From a virus: a stretch of DNA of 64,000 nt. Positions within the stretch are counted from its first letter, which is position 1. The number at the start of each line of letters is the position of its first letter. Below are positions 10,495 to 19,316 of this stretch, piece after piece. The notes below the pieces were generated by a model. That model was not told the origin of the DNA, made no database searches, and worked only from the letters and a program-made list of their open reading frames with translations. The translations under genes were made by a program, and so were the position numbers. Where the stretch lies: positions 1-64,000 of IMG/VR virus record IMGVR_UViG_3300031369_000001; one strand, written 5' to 3'.

Positions 10495-10671
10495 ATGAAA
10501 ATTTCTACCAGTATATTATATACGGATTATTTTCATTTTGTAGATGACTTAGTGACCTTTAAAAATAGGTTGGTAACTAGTGTATTTGTAGGAATAGATT
10601 TATCGGAAGAACCTATTTATACTACTAAGATTATCAACAATTATGAAAAGGTTACTTTTCATGAAAAATAA
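10495..10671 (+). CDS. small hypothetical protein (58 aa)
   Basis: Fills gap; TAATG coupling to terL. Confidence 0.4.
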   Translation: MKISTSILYTDYFHFVDDLVTFKNRLVTSVFVGIDLSEEPIYTTKIINNYEKVTFHEK

Positions 10672-12599
10672 TGCAGCGTATTCCTATAATAAATACTACT
10701 CCTTTAACTAATCCATTTAAACGGATAGCTATTCCCTTTATAGATAGAAATACTACTATTGCTAATTCATATGAATTACTATTAGCTTCACTTGAATCTA
10801 ATTTTAATTATGAAATAGTTGAAGAAGATTTAACTGAAGAAGAATCTAATTTTGATTATGAAGATATTAATCCTGAATGTGAAATAAAGTTAGATGAATT
10901 AGATAAGCAAATGATACTTGAATCAGTTGCTTATTTTGCAGATTCTATTTTAACGGGGCCTATTGAGCCTCCTTATAATGGTAGATTTTTAATTGGTGAC
11001 CACCACCTTGAATGGGATGAATTAATTGCTTATAATAATAGAATTTGTATATTGAGTGCTAGAGATCACGGTAAGTCATATTTTTTTGATTTTGCTTACC
11101 CAATTAGACAAGCAATTAAATATCCTGGAGAATGCGGGTTTATTTTTTCAGCTACCCAATCACAGGCATCTGAATTTTTAGAAATGATTAAGATTGAAAT
11201 TGAGACTAATCCTAAATTACAATATTTAGTTCCTAAAAAGAAATCTTCATGGGGTTCTAAAAAAATTACGTTAGCAAATGGACATAGGATATATGCTAGG
11301 GGTTTTGGTGTGCGTGTTCGAGGTGCACACCCTAGATGGATTGTAGTAGATGACGGGCTTAACGATGAAACTGCTTGGAGTGAGACAGTTAGAAATAAAC
11401 AAAATGATTATTTCTTTAATGCTATTTCAAACATGGTTACTCCTTCAGGCCAAATAATTGTAGTAGGTACCCCATTTCATATAAATGATTTATATGGGGA
11501 ATTACAAAAAAATAAACAATATGTTTTTAAGATGTATCCGGCTGAATCTAATCCAGGAGAAATTGCTAATAATATTCTTTGGCCAGATAGATATTCATTA
11601 GAGCGTTTACTTACTAAAAAAGATGAAATAGGACTTATTAGATATGGTAGGGAATTTTTAGTTTCTCCAATTAGTGATGAAATGAGTTTATTCCCAATTA
11701 GTCTATTTAGAGGTAATCCCGTTGAACAATTTAGTTTAAAGTTAGGGATGCCTTTACAATTTTGGTTAGATAAAGGGATTGTTCCTTATGCCGGGGTTGA
11801 TTTCGCCATTTCATCCACTGTCCAGGCAGATTATACGGTTATTATTATTTTAGGTTTAGACAATTTTGGAAATAGATGGTTGATCGATATGTTTCGAAAG
11901 AAAGGATTGCCTTATAGAGAACAGCAATCTGAAATTAATAGAATGGGACGTATATATGATCCTGGATTAATGACTTTAGAAGCAAATCAAATGCAACGAA
12001 TTTTTGGAGACGAATTAATAAGGGAAACTGATTTACCTATTTATAAATTTGTAACTACTGCGCAAAATAAAAATTCATTAGAATTTGGTGTTCCTGAATT
12101 ACGTGTATTGTTTGAAAATGGTAAATTTAGAATTCCTCGAGGAGATGCCCATAGTATTGAGTTAACGGATATATTGATTGATGAATTTAGATCAATGACT
12201 TTTTTAGATGGTAGGGTTCAATCAGTTGGCCAGCATGATGACACCGTTTTAGCTTGTTGGTTATGCAATCAAGCAATTAAACGAGGTGCTTTTGGTTTTA
12301 GTTTTGGTGATGACGTTGAGATAGAACCTCGTAGATCTAATTTAATGGATAATGTAGCAGCGACTGATTCTAAAATATCTAATGCAGATCTAGAAGAAAA
12401 GAAAAAATATGTTATTAATAATATTAAGAAAGGAAATGGTATTATTTGCAATGAATACGACTATCCTATATACAGAGATATTTTACACGAAATAGCTGGA
12501 GAAAGTATTGATGGATGTTCAGAAATACATAGTATTATTGCCTTACAAGAAATAAAGCGATTGGATGATCAATATAATTTTGGAATAGGAGGTTTTTGA
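10671..12599 (+). CDS. terL: terminase large subunit
   Basis: Walker A ARDHGKS, RG..PRWIVVDD Walker B, VVGTP motif III, nuclease GVDFA...DYT, E..Q, HDDTV.A.W. Confidence 0.93.
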   Translation: MQRIPIINTTPLTNPFKRIAIPFIDRNTTIANSYELLLASLESNFNYEIVEEDLTEEESNFDYEDINPECEIKLDELDKQMILESVAYFADSILTGPIEPPYNGRFLIGDHHLEWDELIAYNNRICILSARDHGKSYFFDFAYPIRQAIKYPGECGFIFSATQSQASEFLEMIKIEIETNPKLQYLVPKKKSSWGSKKITLANGHRIYARGFGVRVRGAHPRWIVVDDGLNDETAWSETVRNKQNDYFFNAISNMVTPSGQIIVVGTPFHINDLYGELQKNKQYVFKMYPAESNPGEIANNILWPDRYSLERLLTKKDEIGLIRYGREFLVSPISDEMSLFPISLFRGNPVEQFSLKLGMPLQFWLDKGIVPYAGVDFAISSTVQADYTVIIILGLDNFGNRWLIDMFRKKGLPYREQQSEINRMGRIYDPGLMTLEANQMQRIFGDELIRETDLPIYKFVTTAQNKNSLEFGVPELRVLFENGKFRIPRGDAHSIELTDILIDEFRSMTFLDGRVQSVGQHDDTVLACWLCNQAIKRGAFGFSFGDDVEIEPRRSNLMDNVAATDSKISNADLEEKKKYVINNIKKGNGIICNEYDYPIYRDILHEIAGESIDGCSEIHSIIALQEIKRLDDQYNFGIGGF

Positions 12600-12772
12600 T
12601 GTTTGATGAGAAATGCGATTGTAAAAAACGGGAATTAGATGGTTTATGCAGGTATAAGTTTATAAAGGATGACAAAGAAGTGTTGTGTTGCGATCATAAT
12701 AGAAGAAAGGTTATTAATTGTATTGAAGAAGAACGTCAATTATTTATTTTTAGAAAACGGCGGAATAAATGA
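12599..12772 (+). CDS. small Cys-rich hypothetical protein (57 aa)
   Basis: GGAGG RBS; TGATG and ATGA coupling on both sides. Confidence 0.5.
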   Translation: MFDEKCDCKKRELDGLCRYKFIKDDKEVLCCDHNRRKVINCIEEERQLFIFRKRRNK

Positions 12773-13215
12773 ATAATGTAAAAGAAAAAAGTGTAAAACT
12801 ATATATCCTCAAGTATATTTATAGAGAAGTAAGGGATAAGCCTATACCTACTCCCTTTTTATATCATAAAGCATCTGCTATATTAGGTATACCTAAAAAA
12901 CAAATGGGAAATTGGTTACATATATTAGTAAATGAAGGATTATTAAACCGTTTAAAAAAGTCAGAAAAATCAAATAAAAGTCATCATTACGTTTTAACGC
13001 AAAAGGGGTGCCAGTTTATCAACAATGGAATAATGACCACAGTATATAAACCTAAACATAAAATAGATTATTGCTATAACTGTAATGTAAAGACTACGTT
13101 ATATCTATACAAGTCTCAATATTACTGCGGAAAGTGTCTGCGACAAGGAGATGAATTTGAGGAAGATCTTAGACTAGAGGATTATATCTACAAAGGGGTT
13201 GGCTATATTTGGTAA
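12769..13215 (+). CDS. winged-HTH plus zinc-finger protein
   Basis: L.ILVNEGLL.R...YVLTQKG winged-helix pattern; C-x2-C...C-x2-C. Confidence 0.65.
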   Translation: MNNVKEKSVKLYILKYIYREVRDKPIPTPFLYHKASAILGIPKKQMGNWLHILVNEGLLNRLKKSEKSNKSHHYVLTQKGCQFINNGIMTTVYKPKHKIDYCYNCNVKTTLYLYKSQYYCGKCLRQGDEFEEDLRLEDYIYKGVGYIW

Positions 13216-13216
13216 G

Positions 13217-13387
13217 TGCGCAAACTTTTCATAAGTTATTACCTTTTTACCTATTTAGTATCATATTGAAATTATTATATTTTTATAAGTTGCGCACTTT
13301 TTGCGTAGTTGAGGTATGCAAAAAGTATTATATTTAAGTATATACTTACCTAAATATTATTTCTAAGTACCTTAAATCATTAGTTTT
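13217..13387 (+). promoter_or_regulatory. candidate enhancer (17-bp TRYGCA-N5 boxes) and IHF-like site upstream of the sigma-54 promoter
   Basis: Boxes at 13217, 13291 and 13315. TAAGTACCTTAAATCATTAGTTTT (13364-13387) is nearly identical to the reverse complement of 52849-52872. Confidence 0.5.
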
Positions 13388-13413
13388 TATTTTTTAACCT
13401 TATTTACTTGCTT

Positions 13414-13429
13414 TGGTATACCGTTTGCA
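13414..13429 (+). promoter_or_regulatory. sigma-54-type -24/-12 promoter
   Basis: TGGTAT-ACCGT-TTGCA, GG-N10-GC, at the end of an AT-rich intergenic region about 45 nt before an RBS. Confidence 0.7.
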
Positions 13430-13475
13430 CTAACATAAGGGTATGAGCTGCGAGGCAACAACAAAGGAGAAGAAA

Positions 13476-13700
13476 ATGAAAACGTATCGAGACTTCAAAA
13501 AAGCGCTTGAAGATTTTAGGGACTGTGGTGAGGCGATGAACTATTACGCAGGTTTATGGTTCGTCGGAACGGCGCAGTCTATAGGAGAGATGACTACTTC
13601 TTCTGCAAAACATGCCACGGAATTCGCTCTCGCAATTGGGGGAATGTCGAAGGAGGAAATCCGAGAGGAGTTAGCTGATTGGTGTGAGGTGTCGAAATGA
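13476..13700 (+). CDS. hypothetical protein, first gene of GC-rich island
   Basis: AAGGAG RBS before ATG 13476. Confidence 0.7.
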   Translation: MKTYRDFKKALEDFRDCGEAMNYYAGLWFVGTAQSIGEMTTSSAKHATEFALAIGGMSKEEIREELADWCEVSK

Positions 13701-13843
13701 GACTGAATAGGACACAAGAGTATCTTGAGTTAGCCGTAAATCTTTTGGCCGACAAGGGACTTTCGCCTTGTCAGTGCGACGATTTTGACGAGTACGAGGA
13801 GGCGCTCATTGAGGTCGAGGGGGATGTTCTCTGGGCACAGTAG
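13697..13843 (+). CDS. small acidic hypothetical protein (48 aa)
   Basis: GAGGTG RBS, ATGA coupling. Confidence 0.55.
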   Translation: MRLNRTQEYLELAVNLLADKGLSPCQCDDFDEYEEALIEVEGDVLWAQ

Positions 13844-13847
13844 CTGG

Positions 13848-13955
13848 TGACTTCGACCTCCATCCGCTCGCCACTCCGTGGCGGGCGACGATGGGCGCCG
13901 AAAGGCAACCGAGGGCCAACCGTGGCCCGGCAAATGCGCGACAGGCGCAAGGAGA
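13848..13955 (+). repeat. structured intergenic spacer 1 of cassette-like array
   Basis: TGACTTCGACC...stem-loop...CGATGGGCGCCGAA shared with 14234-14290; GTGGCCCG and GCGCGACAGGCGCAAGGAGA shared with 14746-14779. Confidence 0.8.
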
Positions 13956-13960
13956 TGGAT

Positions 13961-14236
13961 ATGAAAGTCTACACGATCGAGAAAAAAATGTCCGGAACCG
14001 GAACCATCCACGGCATCGCGAGCGAGCATTACGACAGGGAGATCAAGTTTCGGAACGGAATGAAATACGCGGTGGTCTTGGCTGCCTTTTACGGTGACTG
14101 CTACAGCACGCACAAGACCAAGGATGCCGCCGCAGACATGTCAAACTCCCAGGCCCGAGCGGGGTACAGTCACGTGGTACTAGACACCGAAGGCAACACC
14201 TATACCTCAAACGGATGGACATTGGTAGCCGACTGA
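13961..14236 (+). CDS. hypothetical protein
   Basis: AAGGAG RBS; ends GAC-TGA. Confidence 0.75.
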   Translation: MKVYTIEKKMSGTGTIHGIASEHYDREIKFRNGMKYAVVLAAFYGDCYSTHKTKDAAADMSNSQARAGYSHVVLDTEGNTYTSNGWTLVAD

Positions 14237-14290
14237 CCTTCGACCCCCACGCCGCCCCCCCGAAACTCGGGGGCGGCGATGGGCGCCGAA
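14231..14290 (+). repeat. structured intergenic spacer 2
   Basis: GACTGACCTTCGACC, GC stem-loop GCCGCCCC/GGGGCGGC, then CGATGGGCGCCGAA. Confidence 0.8.
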
Positions 14291-14309
14291 CAAAAAAGGA
14301 GACTGAGAG

Positions 14310-14732
14310 ATGAGAGGTGTATTTTTTGGTAGAGAACAATTGCCGGACGGGATGGTTGGTATCGATTATGACGACGATTATGTGCAGCAACCAGGGAATT
14401 TGGTCGTCGTGTATTGCGAGATGGAGGATGAGGTAATCCCTCATACTGATAATGCATACCCGGCAGGTTTTTATCCACGGGACTACAAGTGCCCCTCGTA
14501 TATTGCGAGGATAAAAGCCTTAGAAGATGCCAAGGAGTGTATAGTGTGCCCAGACTGCGGACGAGAGCGCCTTATTGTTCCGCAGGATCCAGACTGTTTT
14601 GATGCTAGGATTGGTGGATACCCGCTCATGGTATTGAGGTGCCCCATATCTGCCGCGTGGAGAGGGCGGGCGGCGAGGGAGGTCGGCAGGTTATACAGAT
14701 ATCGTCCAACAGATATTGTTCCGGTTGACTGA
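14310..14732 (+). CDS. hypothetical protein (CPDCG zinc motif)
   Basis: AAGGAG RBS; ends GAC-TGA. Confidence 0.7.
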   Translation: MRGVFFGREQLPDGMVGIDYDDDYVQQPGNLVVVYCEMEDEVIPHTDNAYPAGFYPRDYKCPSYIARIKALEDAKECIVCPDCGRERLIVPQDPDCFDARIGGYPLMVLRCPISAAWRGRAAREVGRLYRYRPTDIVPVD

Positions 14733-14779
14733 CCCTCAGCCCCAAGTGGCCCGTTAAACGCGCGACAGGCGCAAGGAGA
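14727..14779 (+). repeat. intergenic spacer 3
   Basis: GACTGACCCTC; 20-bp identity (14760-14779) with 13936-13955. Confidence 0.8.
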
Positions 14780-14787
14780 ATAAAAAG

Positions 14788-15387
14788 ATGAATATGGAAC
14801 CATATGGATTCGAAGGAATCCCAGATTGGAAAAGGGGATTTTTAACCTTTGACGTAGAGCATAATTGTAGCGGATACGTGTCCATGTGGATAGAGGGTTG
14901 CGGCATCTCCTCCATGTGGCTAGACGTAGTGAAGGAAGGGAAAAACCTCGGAGGGCTCATTCTGTACGAGGATGGAATAGTGTGTGGCGCAGGCGAATAC
15001 GCCACACACCCGAGGGAACTATACGATTGGGGGGATTACCTGTTATCGGAGGCAATCCGTCAAGACAACACCGTGGCGGACTGGGCCAGGAAATGGATTG
15101 ATGCCCCCGAAGAAACTGTGGCGCAATGGAAGAGATGTCGTCGATATTGGGCCGAACAGGTCGATTCTAAAGCCGTGGAAGAGATTTTACGATCTGGAGG
15201 AACGTGTAAAAAGCACGGCGAGATGTTTGAGATCGAACTGGAAAGTAACCCCAACCTAGTGGTTACTGATTGGCCGGACAGCGATTACGATTCGGGTTGG
15301 ACGCAGATCTCATGTAGGCCAGGGCCGCCTACCCATGTCGGTTCAATCAAATTAACGAAGCATACGCGAACCATGATCCACGACTGA
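14788..15387 (+). CDS. hypothetical protein
   Basis: AAGGAG RBS; ends GAC-TGA followed by CCCTCGAC. Confidence 0.75.
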   Translation: MNMEPYGFEGIPDWKRGFLTFDVEHNCSGYVSMWIEGCGISSMWLDVVKEGKNLGGLILYEDGIVCGAGEYATHPRELYDWGDYLLSEAIRQDNTVADWARKWIDAPEETVAQWKRCRRYWAEQVDSKAVEEILRSGGTCKKHGEMFEIELESNPNLVVTDWPDSDYDSGWTQISCRPGPPTHVGSIKLTKHTRTMIHD

Positions 15388-15451
15388 CCCTCGACTTCTA
15401 CTTCGCTCGTCCCCCTCAAGGCGGGTGTTGAAAGGCAGAAAGGAAAGTAAT

Positions 15452-15688
15452 ATGTATCAGGTAATAGATTGTGCTAGAGGAAATGTGATCGATAGTCAGT
15501 GGGATGATTTCGATGACGCTCTCGTGAGGGCAGGGGAGCTTGCTGCTGAACAGGCTATTGAGGATGTCGAGGTATCGACCTATGAGAATGGTGATGACCC
15601 TCGACGCGGCCCGGGGAACTGGGAGGCGGGGGCGTGTCCGTATGGTGATGGAGGTGGATATTGGACGCATGTTGAATGGGTTGACTGA
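15452..15688 (+). CDS. hypothetical protein
   Basis: AAGGA RBS before ATG 15452; ends GAC-TGA. Confidence 0.7.
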   Translation: MYQVIDCARGNVIDSQWDDFDDALVRAGELAAEQAIEDVEVSTYENGDDPRRGPGNWEAGACPYGDGGGYWTHVEWVD

Positions 15689-15737
15689 TTTTGACTTTGT
15701 CAAGTGATTGTTGAGGATGAAAAGAAAGGATTTGAAT

Positions 15738-15896
15738 ATGTCATTAGATATTAATTCATATACAGGAGCCCTTGTGTTTTGGTGTCCGGATTGTGGAGCA
15801 CAAGTTGATGAGATGGAAGATAAATGCCCCAATTGTGATTATGATGGTGTGGATGGTTGGGAACCGTCTCCGCCTGCAATAATGGAAGTTTACTAG
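15738..15896 (+). CDS. small zinc-ribbon protein
   Basis: CPDCG...CPNC; AAGGA RBS. Confidence 0.65.
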   Translation: MSLDINSYTGALVFWCPDCGAQVDEMEDKCPNCDYDGVDGWEPSPPAIMEVY

Positions 15897-15929
15897 GCCT
15901 AAATGGGTGATGAAAGAAGGAGAAGTGTA

Positions 15930-16445
15930 ATGATTAACAAACTTCATAATTCTCTTGCCTTAGCGAGAGAATTCCTTGAAATAGGCGTTATAAATAGCGT
16001 CTCAAAATATTTAGAAGATGCAATGTCAATTGTAGATGATCTTGTGATTGACATTAAAAGCATTAACGACAATCTCCTGACATCTCAGGAGAATGTAGAA
16101 AAACTGTCTGAGACGTTGTCGCGATTATTCTACGACAAGCAACAAAATGAAAATGAAATCAGATTACTTAAAAAAGAAAATTCTCGCGTAAGGCGCGAGT
16201 ATATGGTCTTTAAAGATCATGCGGAAAAAGAATTGTCCCAAGCTCGTTTGTATTGGCATGCAGGGTATAAATCAGAGCAAAATGCTCGTAACTCAGTACG
16301 CCTTTCCTACGAAAGGGAGTGTTTACTATCAGAGATAGCGTACGAGAATAGACAGTTAAAGGAGAAGATGTCATGTGTAAAGAAGTTAGCGGAGCCCGTG
16401 AAATTAAAATTGGTCCATTGCCAGTTTTCATCGAAGATTGCGTAA
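15930..16445 (+). CDS. coiled-coil hypothetical protein
   Basis: AAGGAG RBS; heptad-like pattern. Confidence 0.65.
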   Translation: MINKLHNSLALAREFLEIGVINSVSKYLEDAMSIVDDLVIDIKSINDNLLTSQENVEKLSETLSRLFYDKQQNENEIRLLKKENSRVRREYMVFKDHAEKELSQARLYWHAGYKSEQNARNSVRLSYERECLLSEIAYENRQLKEKMSCVKKLAEPVKLKLVHCQFSSKIA

Positions 16446-16906
16446 TAGGGGAAACGTGGGGAGATATTCTTCCTGAAAAAATTAACGGAGAATGGTTTGA
16501 CCAATTTGGCCACTCTGTAACTCGTGAATTAGGGGGATGGTTTGTATATTTAAATACAGACGACGATCGTGTATTCTATATAGCGTGTGATCTTGCAAAA
16601 GAATTTGTGGGGCCACAAGCATGCTCTAGCTCTGGATCCCATTATATATTAAGCGATGGAAATTGGCACATTTCAACATTGGATGCTATAGAAATTCGAA
16701 ATATTGCATCCTCTATGAATATACCAATAGAAGTCGTCAATGATGCGATTATTCATCTAAGAATGACTGACACTGAAAGGGTGAATGAGTCAGATCATGA
16801 CGCGCTAGAGTCTTTTCCGCGCGGAAGATACTATGCTCGAGGGGGAGGAGTACATCTAGACGGAAAACCTTGTGGGCCATCTTGTCCACAAGGTAGATAT
16901 AGGTAG
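16373..16906 (+). CDS. hypothetical protein
   Basis: AAGGAG RBS upstream; fills gap. Confidence 0.6.
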   Translation: MCKEVSGAREIKIGPLPVFIEDCVIGETWGDILPEKINGEWFDQFGHSVTRELGGWFVYLNTDDDRVFYIACDLAKEFVGPQACSSSGSHYILSDGNWHISTLDAIEIRNIASSMNIPIEVVNDAIIHLRMTDTERVNESDHDALESFPRGRYYARGGGVHLDGKPCGPSCPQGRYR

Positions 16907-16934
16907 AATGAAAAGAAGGACGTGGGGTATTAAA

Positions 16935-17447
16935 ATGAAAATTGTGATTTTTGCATTACTTATCTGTTATTGTACGGGTTGTGAAACAACCCCTTATGAA
17001 TTGTGGATCGACGATACATGTTCTGATTCAGATCAGGAAGTTATTCGAAATTCTGTTAGTTACCTTAATACGTGGACGAAAAACTTAACAGGTAAAGCTT
17101 TCATCAGTATAGAGGGTACTGACAAAGTGAATCACAGAAAGGCGCTCACTGTTGGGTCTGATCCAGCCTGGGGGAGGGATTTTGTTGTATGTTTTTACGA
17201 TGATCCACAGATGGAGGAATGGGCGGGTTTATTAGGTCATGCATACCAAAATGGTGATGTATGGTTATTTAGATATTTATTATCGGATGAATTATTCACA
17301 CTTACGGTATTGCATGAATTAGGCCATTATATTGGTATGGATGACATAGTATCTCCTGGATCGGTCATGGATGCAATCAATACAGGAAATACTTTTACTG
17401 AAGCAGATAAAATAGAATTTTGTTCGGATGTAAATTGTCATGACTGA
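16935..17447 (+). CDS. matrixin-like zinc metallopeptidase, putative lipoprotein
   Basis: Signal peptide with CTGC lipobox; LGHA, HELGHYIGM, Met-turn SVM, T..D. The third metzincin His appears as Asp. Confidence 0.75.
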   Translation: MKIVIFALLICYCTGCETTPYELWIDDTCSDSDQEVIRNSVSYLNTWTKNLTGKAFISIEGTDKVNHRKALTVGSDPAWGRDFVVCFYDDPQMEEWAGLLGHAYQNGDVWLFRYLLSDELFTLTVLHELGHYIGMDDIVSPGSVMDAINTGNTFTEADKIEFCSDVNCHD

Positions 17448-17715
17448 ATATCATATCAGATTAGTCTTATATGCAAAATTGGTTAATTTAACGCCTGAAT
17501 TAATTTTACAGTTATACAGCGAATCTTATAGTCGATGGATAAAGGATGAACGCATTGCATGGTGCGCTCAAACTGGGCAAATAAAGAATGGGCGATGGAC
17601 CGTTGATCAGAATAACTTATTTGATGAATGGCTTTGTTATAGATGGAATTTTAGTAGGCCAATAGAAATGATTAGGAAATCTATTAGAAGAATTCCTATA
17701 AAACAGAAAGGATAA
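17440..17715 (+). CDS. hypothetical protein
   Basis: Coupled; ends RRIPIKQKG. Confidence 0.6.
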   Translation: MTEYHIRLVLYAKLVNLTPELILQLYSESYSRWIKDERIAWCAQTGQIKNGRWTVDQNNLFDEWLCYRWNFSRPIEMIRKSIRRIPIKQKG

Positions 17716-17720
17716 ATAAT

Positions 17721-18041
17721 ATGAAACGTACGCCAATTAAATCGGTAGAGGTAGTTTACGAAACACCTCCTTTGAGGAAAGAATGTGGGGAGGCTATGTG
17801 TTGGGAATGCATGGGGCATTGGGCAGACGGAAAGGTGGACTGTGAATCAAGGAAATGCCCATTTTATCAATATCAGCCTTACAGAAAATTGGAGCCTGAT
17901 TTTTGGTGGCGTCAATTTAATCCCAAACATAAAGGGAAAGTTACATGGGAAGATTGCAAGCGGGAAATGACTGAGGAGCAAATAGAGGAATTGAAGGAAC
18001 GAGGCCGAAGGTTGGGAGCGAGTAGAAAAGGAAAAAAATAA
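17721..18041 (+). CDS. Cys-rich hypothetical protein
   Basis: A.C.ECMG...DC....CP.Y.Y pattern; starts MKRTPIK. Confidence 0.7.
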   Translation: MKRTPIKSVEVVYETPPLRKECGEAMCWECMGHWADGKVDCESRKCPFYQYQPYRKLEPDFWWRQFNPKHKGKVTWEDCKREMTEEQIEELKERGRRLGASRKGKK

Positions 18042-18042
18042 G

Positions 18043-18798
18043 ATGAAAAAGCCTATTGAGATTATTGACGTATTTCGTTGTGTTGATATAGACACAACAT
18101 ATATGGAGCCACTTGAAGAGTGGCATTGGATTTCAAAAACACAAAAAGCTCAGCGATGGGCATTGAAGGGAGTGTCAACTAGCGTAATAGATTTTTATAT
18201 TGTAGACAGATCTTTAAATACTTTAATACCGGATGACCATGTAATGGTTGTTGAGTTGTCAAAGAAGGTTGGTAAATATGATCATTCAAAACGCGATCAT
18301 ATTTGCATTAAATTTGTACCCGCACATCAATCTCCATCATCTTGTGTGGGGTTACATTCTTCATGTGATGATGAACAAATTCATCTTCATATCGGTGAAT
18401 TAATGTATTCTTATTTTTATTTTAAGGATTTTGAATTAAAAAACCCAGATCATATTGAAGGTATTGTTAGATGGCATTTTGATCGTTATTATAAATTTCT
18501 AGACAATAGCGATATAAAGAGCGCTGTGGTACAATTATCTGAATATATAGATCAAAATAATTGTACATTGGCTAGTATTAACCGTGCGGCGTCACGTATT
18601 TTATATGATCATGCTAAGGTGAGGGGTTTCCGCAAACTGACCAAACAACAACAGAAGCGTTTAGGTTTATTAGGTCAATGGCATACAGAGGCGGAATATG
18701 CAACGGCTTTATCTAAGATAGAGAATAGTAGGTATCATCCTTCTGGTGTTAGTGATTATTCCTTAAGAGAAAGTAGAGGTGTTGCAGAACATGGATAA
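18043..18798 (+). CDS. hypothetical protein
   Basis: Long ORF with RBS. Confidence 0.7.
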   Translation: MKKPIEIIDVFRCVDIDTTYMEPLEEWHWISKTQKAQRWALKGVSTSVIDFYIVDRSLNTLIPDDHVMVVELSKKVGKYDHSKRDHICIKFVPAHQSPSSCVGLHSSCDDEQIHLHIGELMYSYFYFKDFELKNPDHIEGIVRWHFDRYYKFLDNSDIKSAVVQLSEYIDQNNCTLASINRAASRILYDHAKVRGFRKLTKQQQKRLGLLGQWHTEAEYATALSKIENSRYHPSGVSDYSLRESRGVAEHG

Positions 18799-19044
18799 TG
18801 TGTCGTTAAAAAAGGAAGAAGGTGCGAATAATGAATAAAGTATTACAACAAATTATCACGGAATTGGAGAAAGAAAAGGGAGAATGGATAGAACGGGCGG
18901 ATAACACCTATGATTGGGCGGTAATACATAAAGCTCATGCACAGGGAACTGTTAGTGGTCTTTCTGATGCTATTTTTATAATTAAAAAATATGTAGAGGT
19001 GTTGCAGAACATGGATAATGTGTCGTTTAAAAAGGAAGAAGGTG
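18773..19044 (+). repeat. 52-bp direct repeat (18773-18824 / 18993-19044, 1 mismatch)
   Basis: GTAGAGGTGTTGCAGAACATGGATAATGTGTCGTTwAAAAAGGAAGAAGGTG read twice. Confidence 0.9.
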
Positions 19045-19115
19045 TGAATTCAGTGGGCACAGTCCCCTGTGTCTACTGCCAAAGAGATAATGGAAAAGGA
19101 AGGAAGAAGGTGTGA
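18831..19115 (+). CDS. hypothetical protein, tandem paralog 1
   Basis: Aligns with next ORF (QQIITEL...W...QG..SG.SDAI.IIKK). Confidence 0.7.
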   Translation: MNKVLQQIITELEKEKGEWIERADNTYDWAVIHKAHAQGTVSGLSDAIFIIKKYVEVLQNMDNVSFKKEEGVNSVGTVPCVYCQRDNGKGRKKV

Positions 19116-19316
19116 ATGATGGATAAAACGGTACGGCAACAAATTATTACGGAATTACAACAAAAGAAAGAAGAATGGCTGAAGGAGGCAAATAACTGTT
19201 ACAGTAGTTGGGCTACAGAGTATAAAGCTCTTTCGCAGGGAGCAGCTAGTGGTATTTCCGATGCGATTAATATAATCAAAAAACATATGGAAAGGAATAA
19301 CATTAATGGAAAGTAG
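19116..19316 (+). CDS. hypothetical protein, tandem paralog 2
   Basis: Paralog of 18831-19115. Confidence 0.7.
   Translation: MMDKTVRQQIITELQQKKEEWLKEANNCYSSWATEYKALSQGAASGISDAINIIKKHMERNNINGK

Noticed and set aside
10671-12599. Intein or intron in TerL
   Set aside because: ATPase and nuclease motifs are contiguous; the extra length is terminal extension, with no splicing or homing endonuclease motifs.
13730-15259. Overlapping alternative ORFs in the GC-rich island (13730-, 13891+, 14043-, 14483-, 14886+, 14984+)
   Set aside because: Shadow frames expected in higher-GC DNA; they lack RBSs and overlap the RBS-bearing + strand genes.
13848-15700. Classical integron or CRISPR array
   Set aside because: No integron integrase or cas gene, no RYYYAAC/GTTRRRY ends, and the repeats are separated by whole genes rather than uniform spacers.
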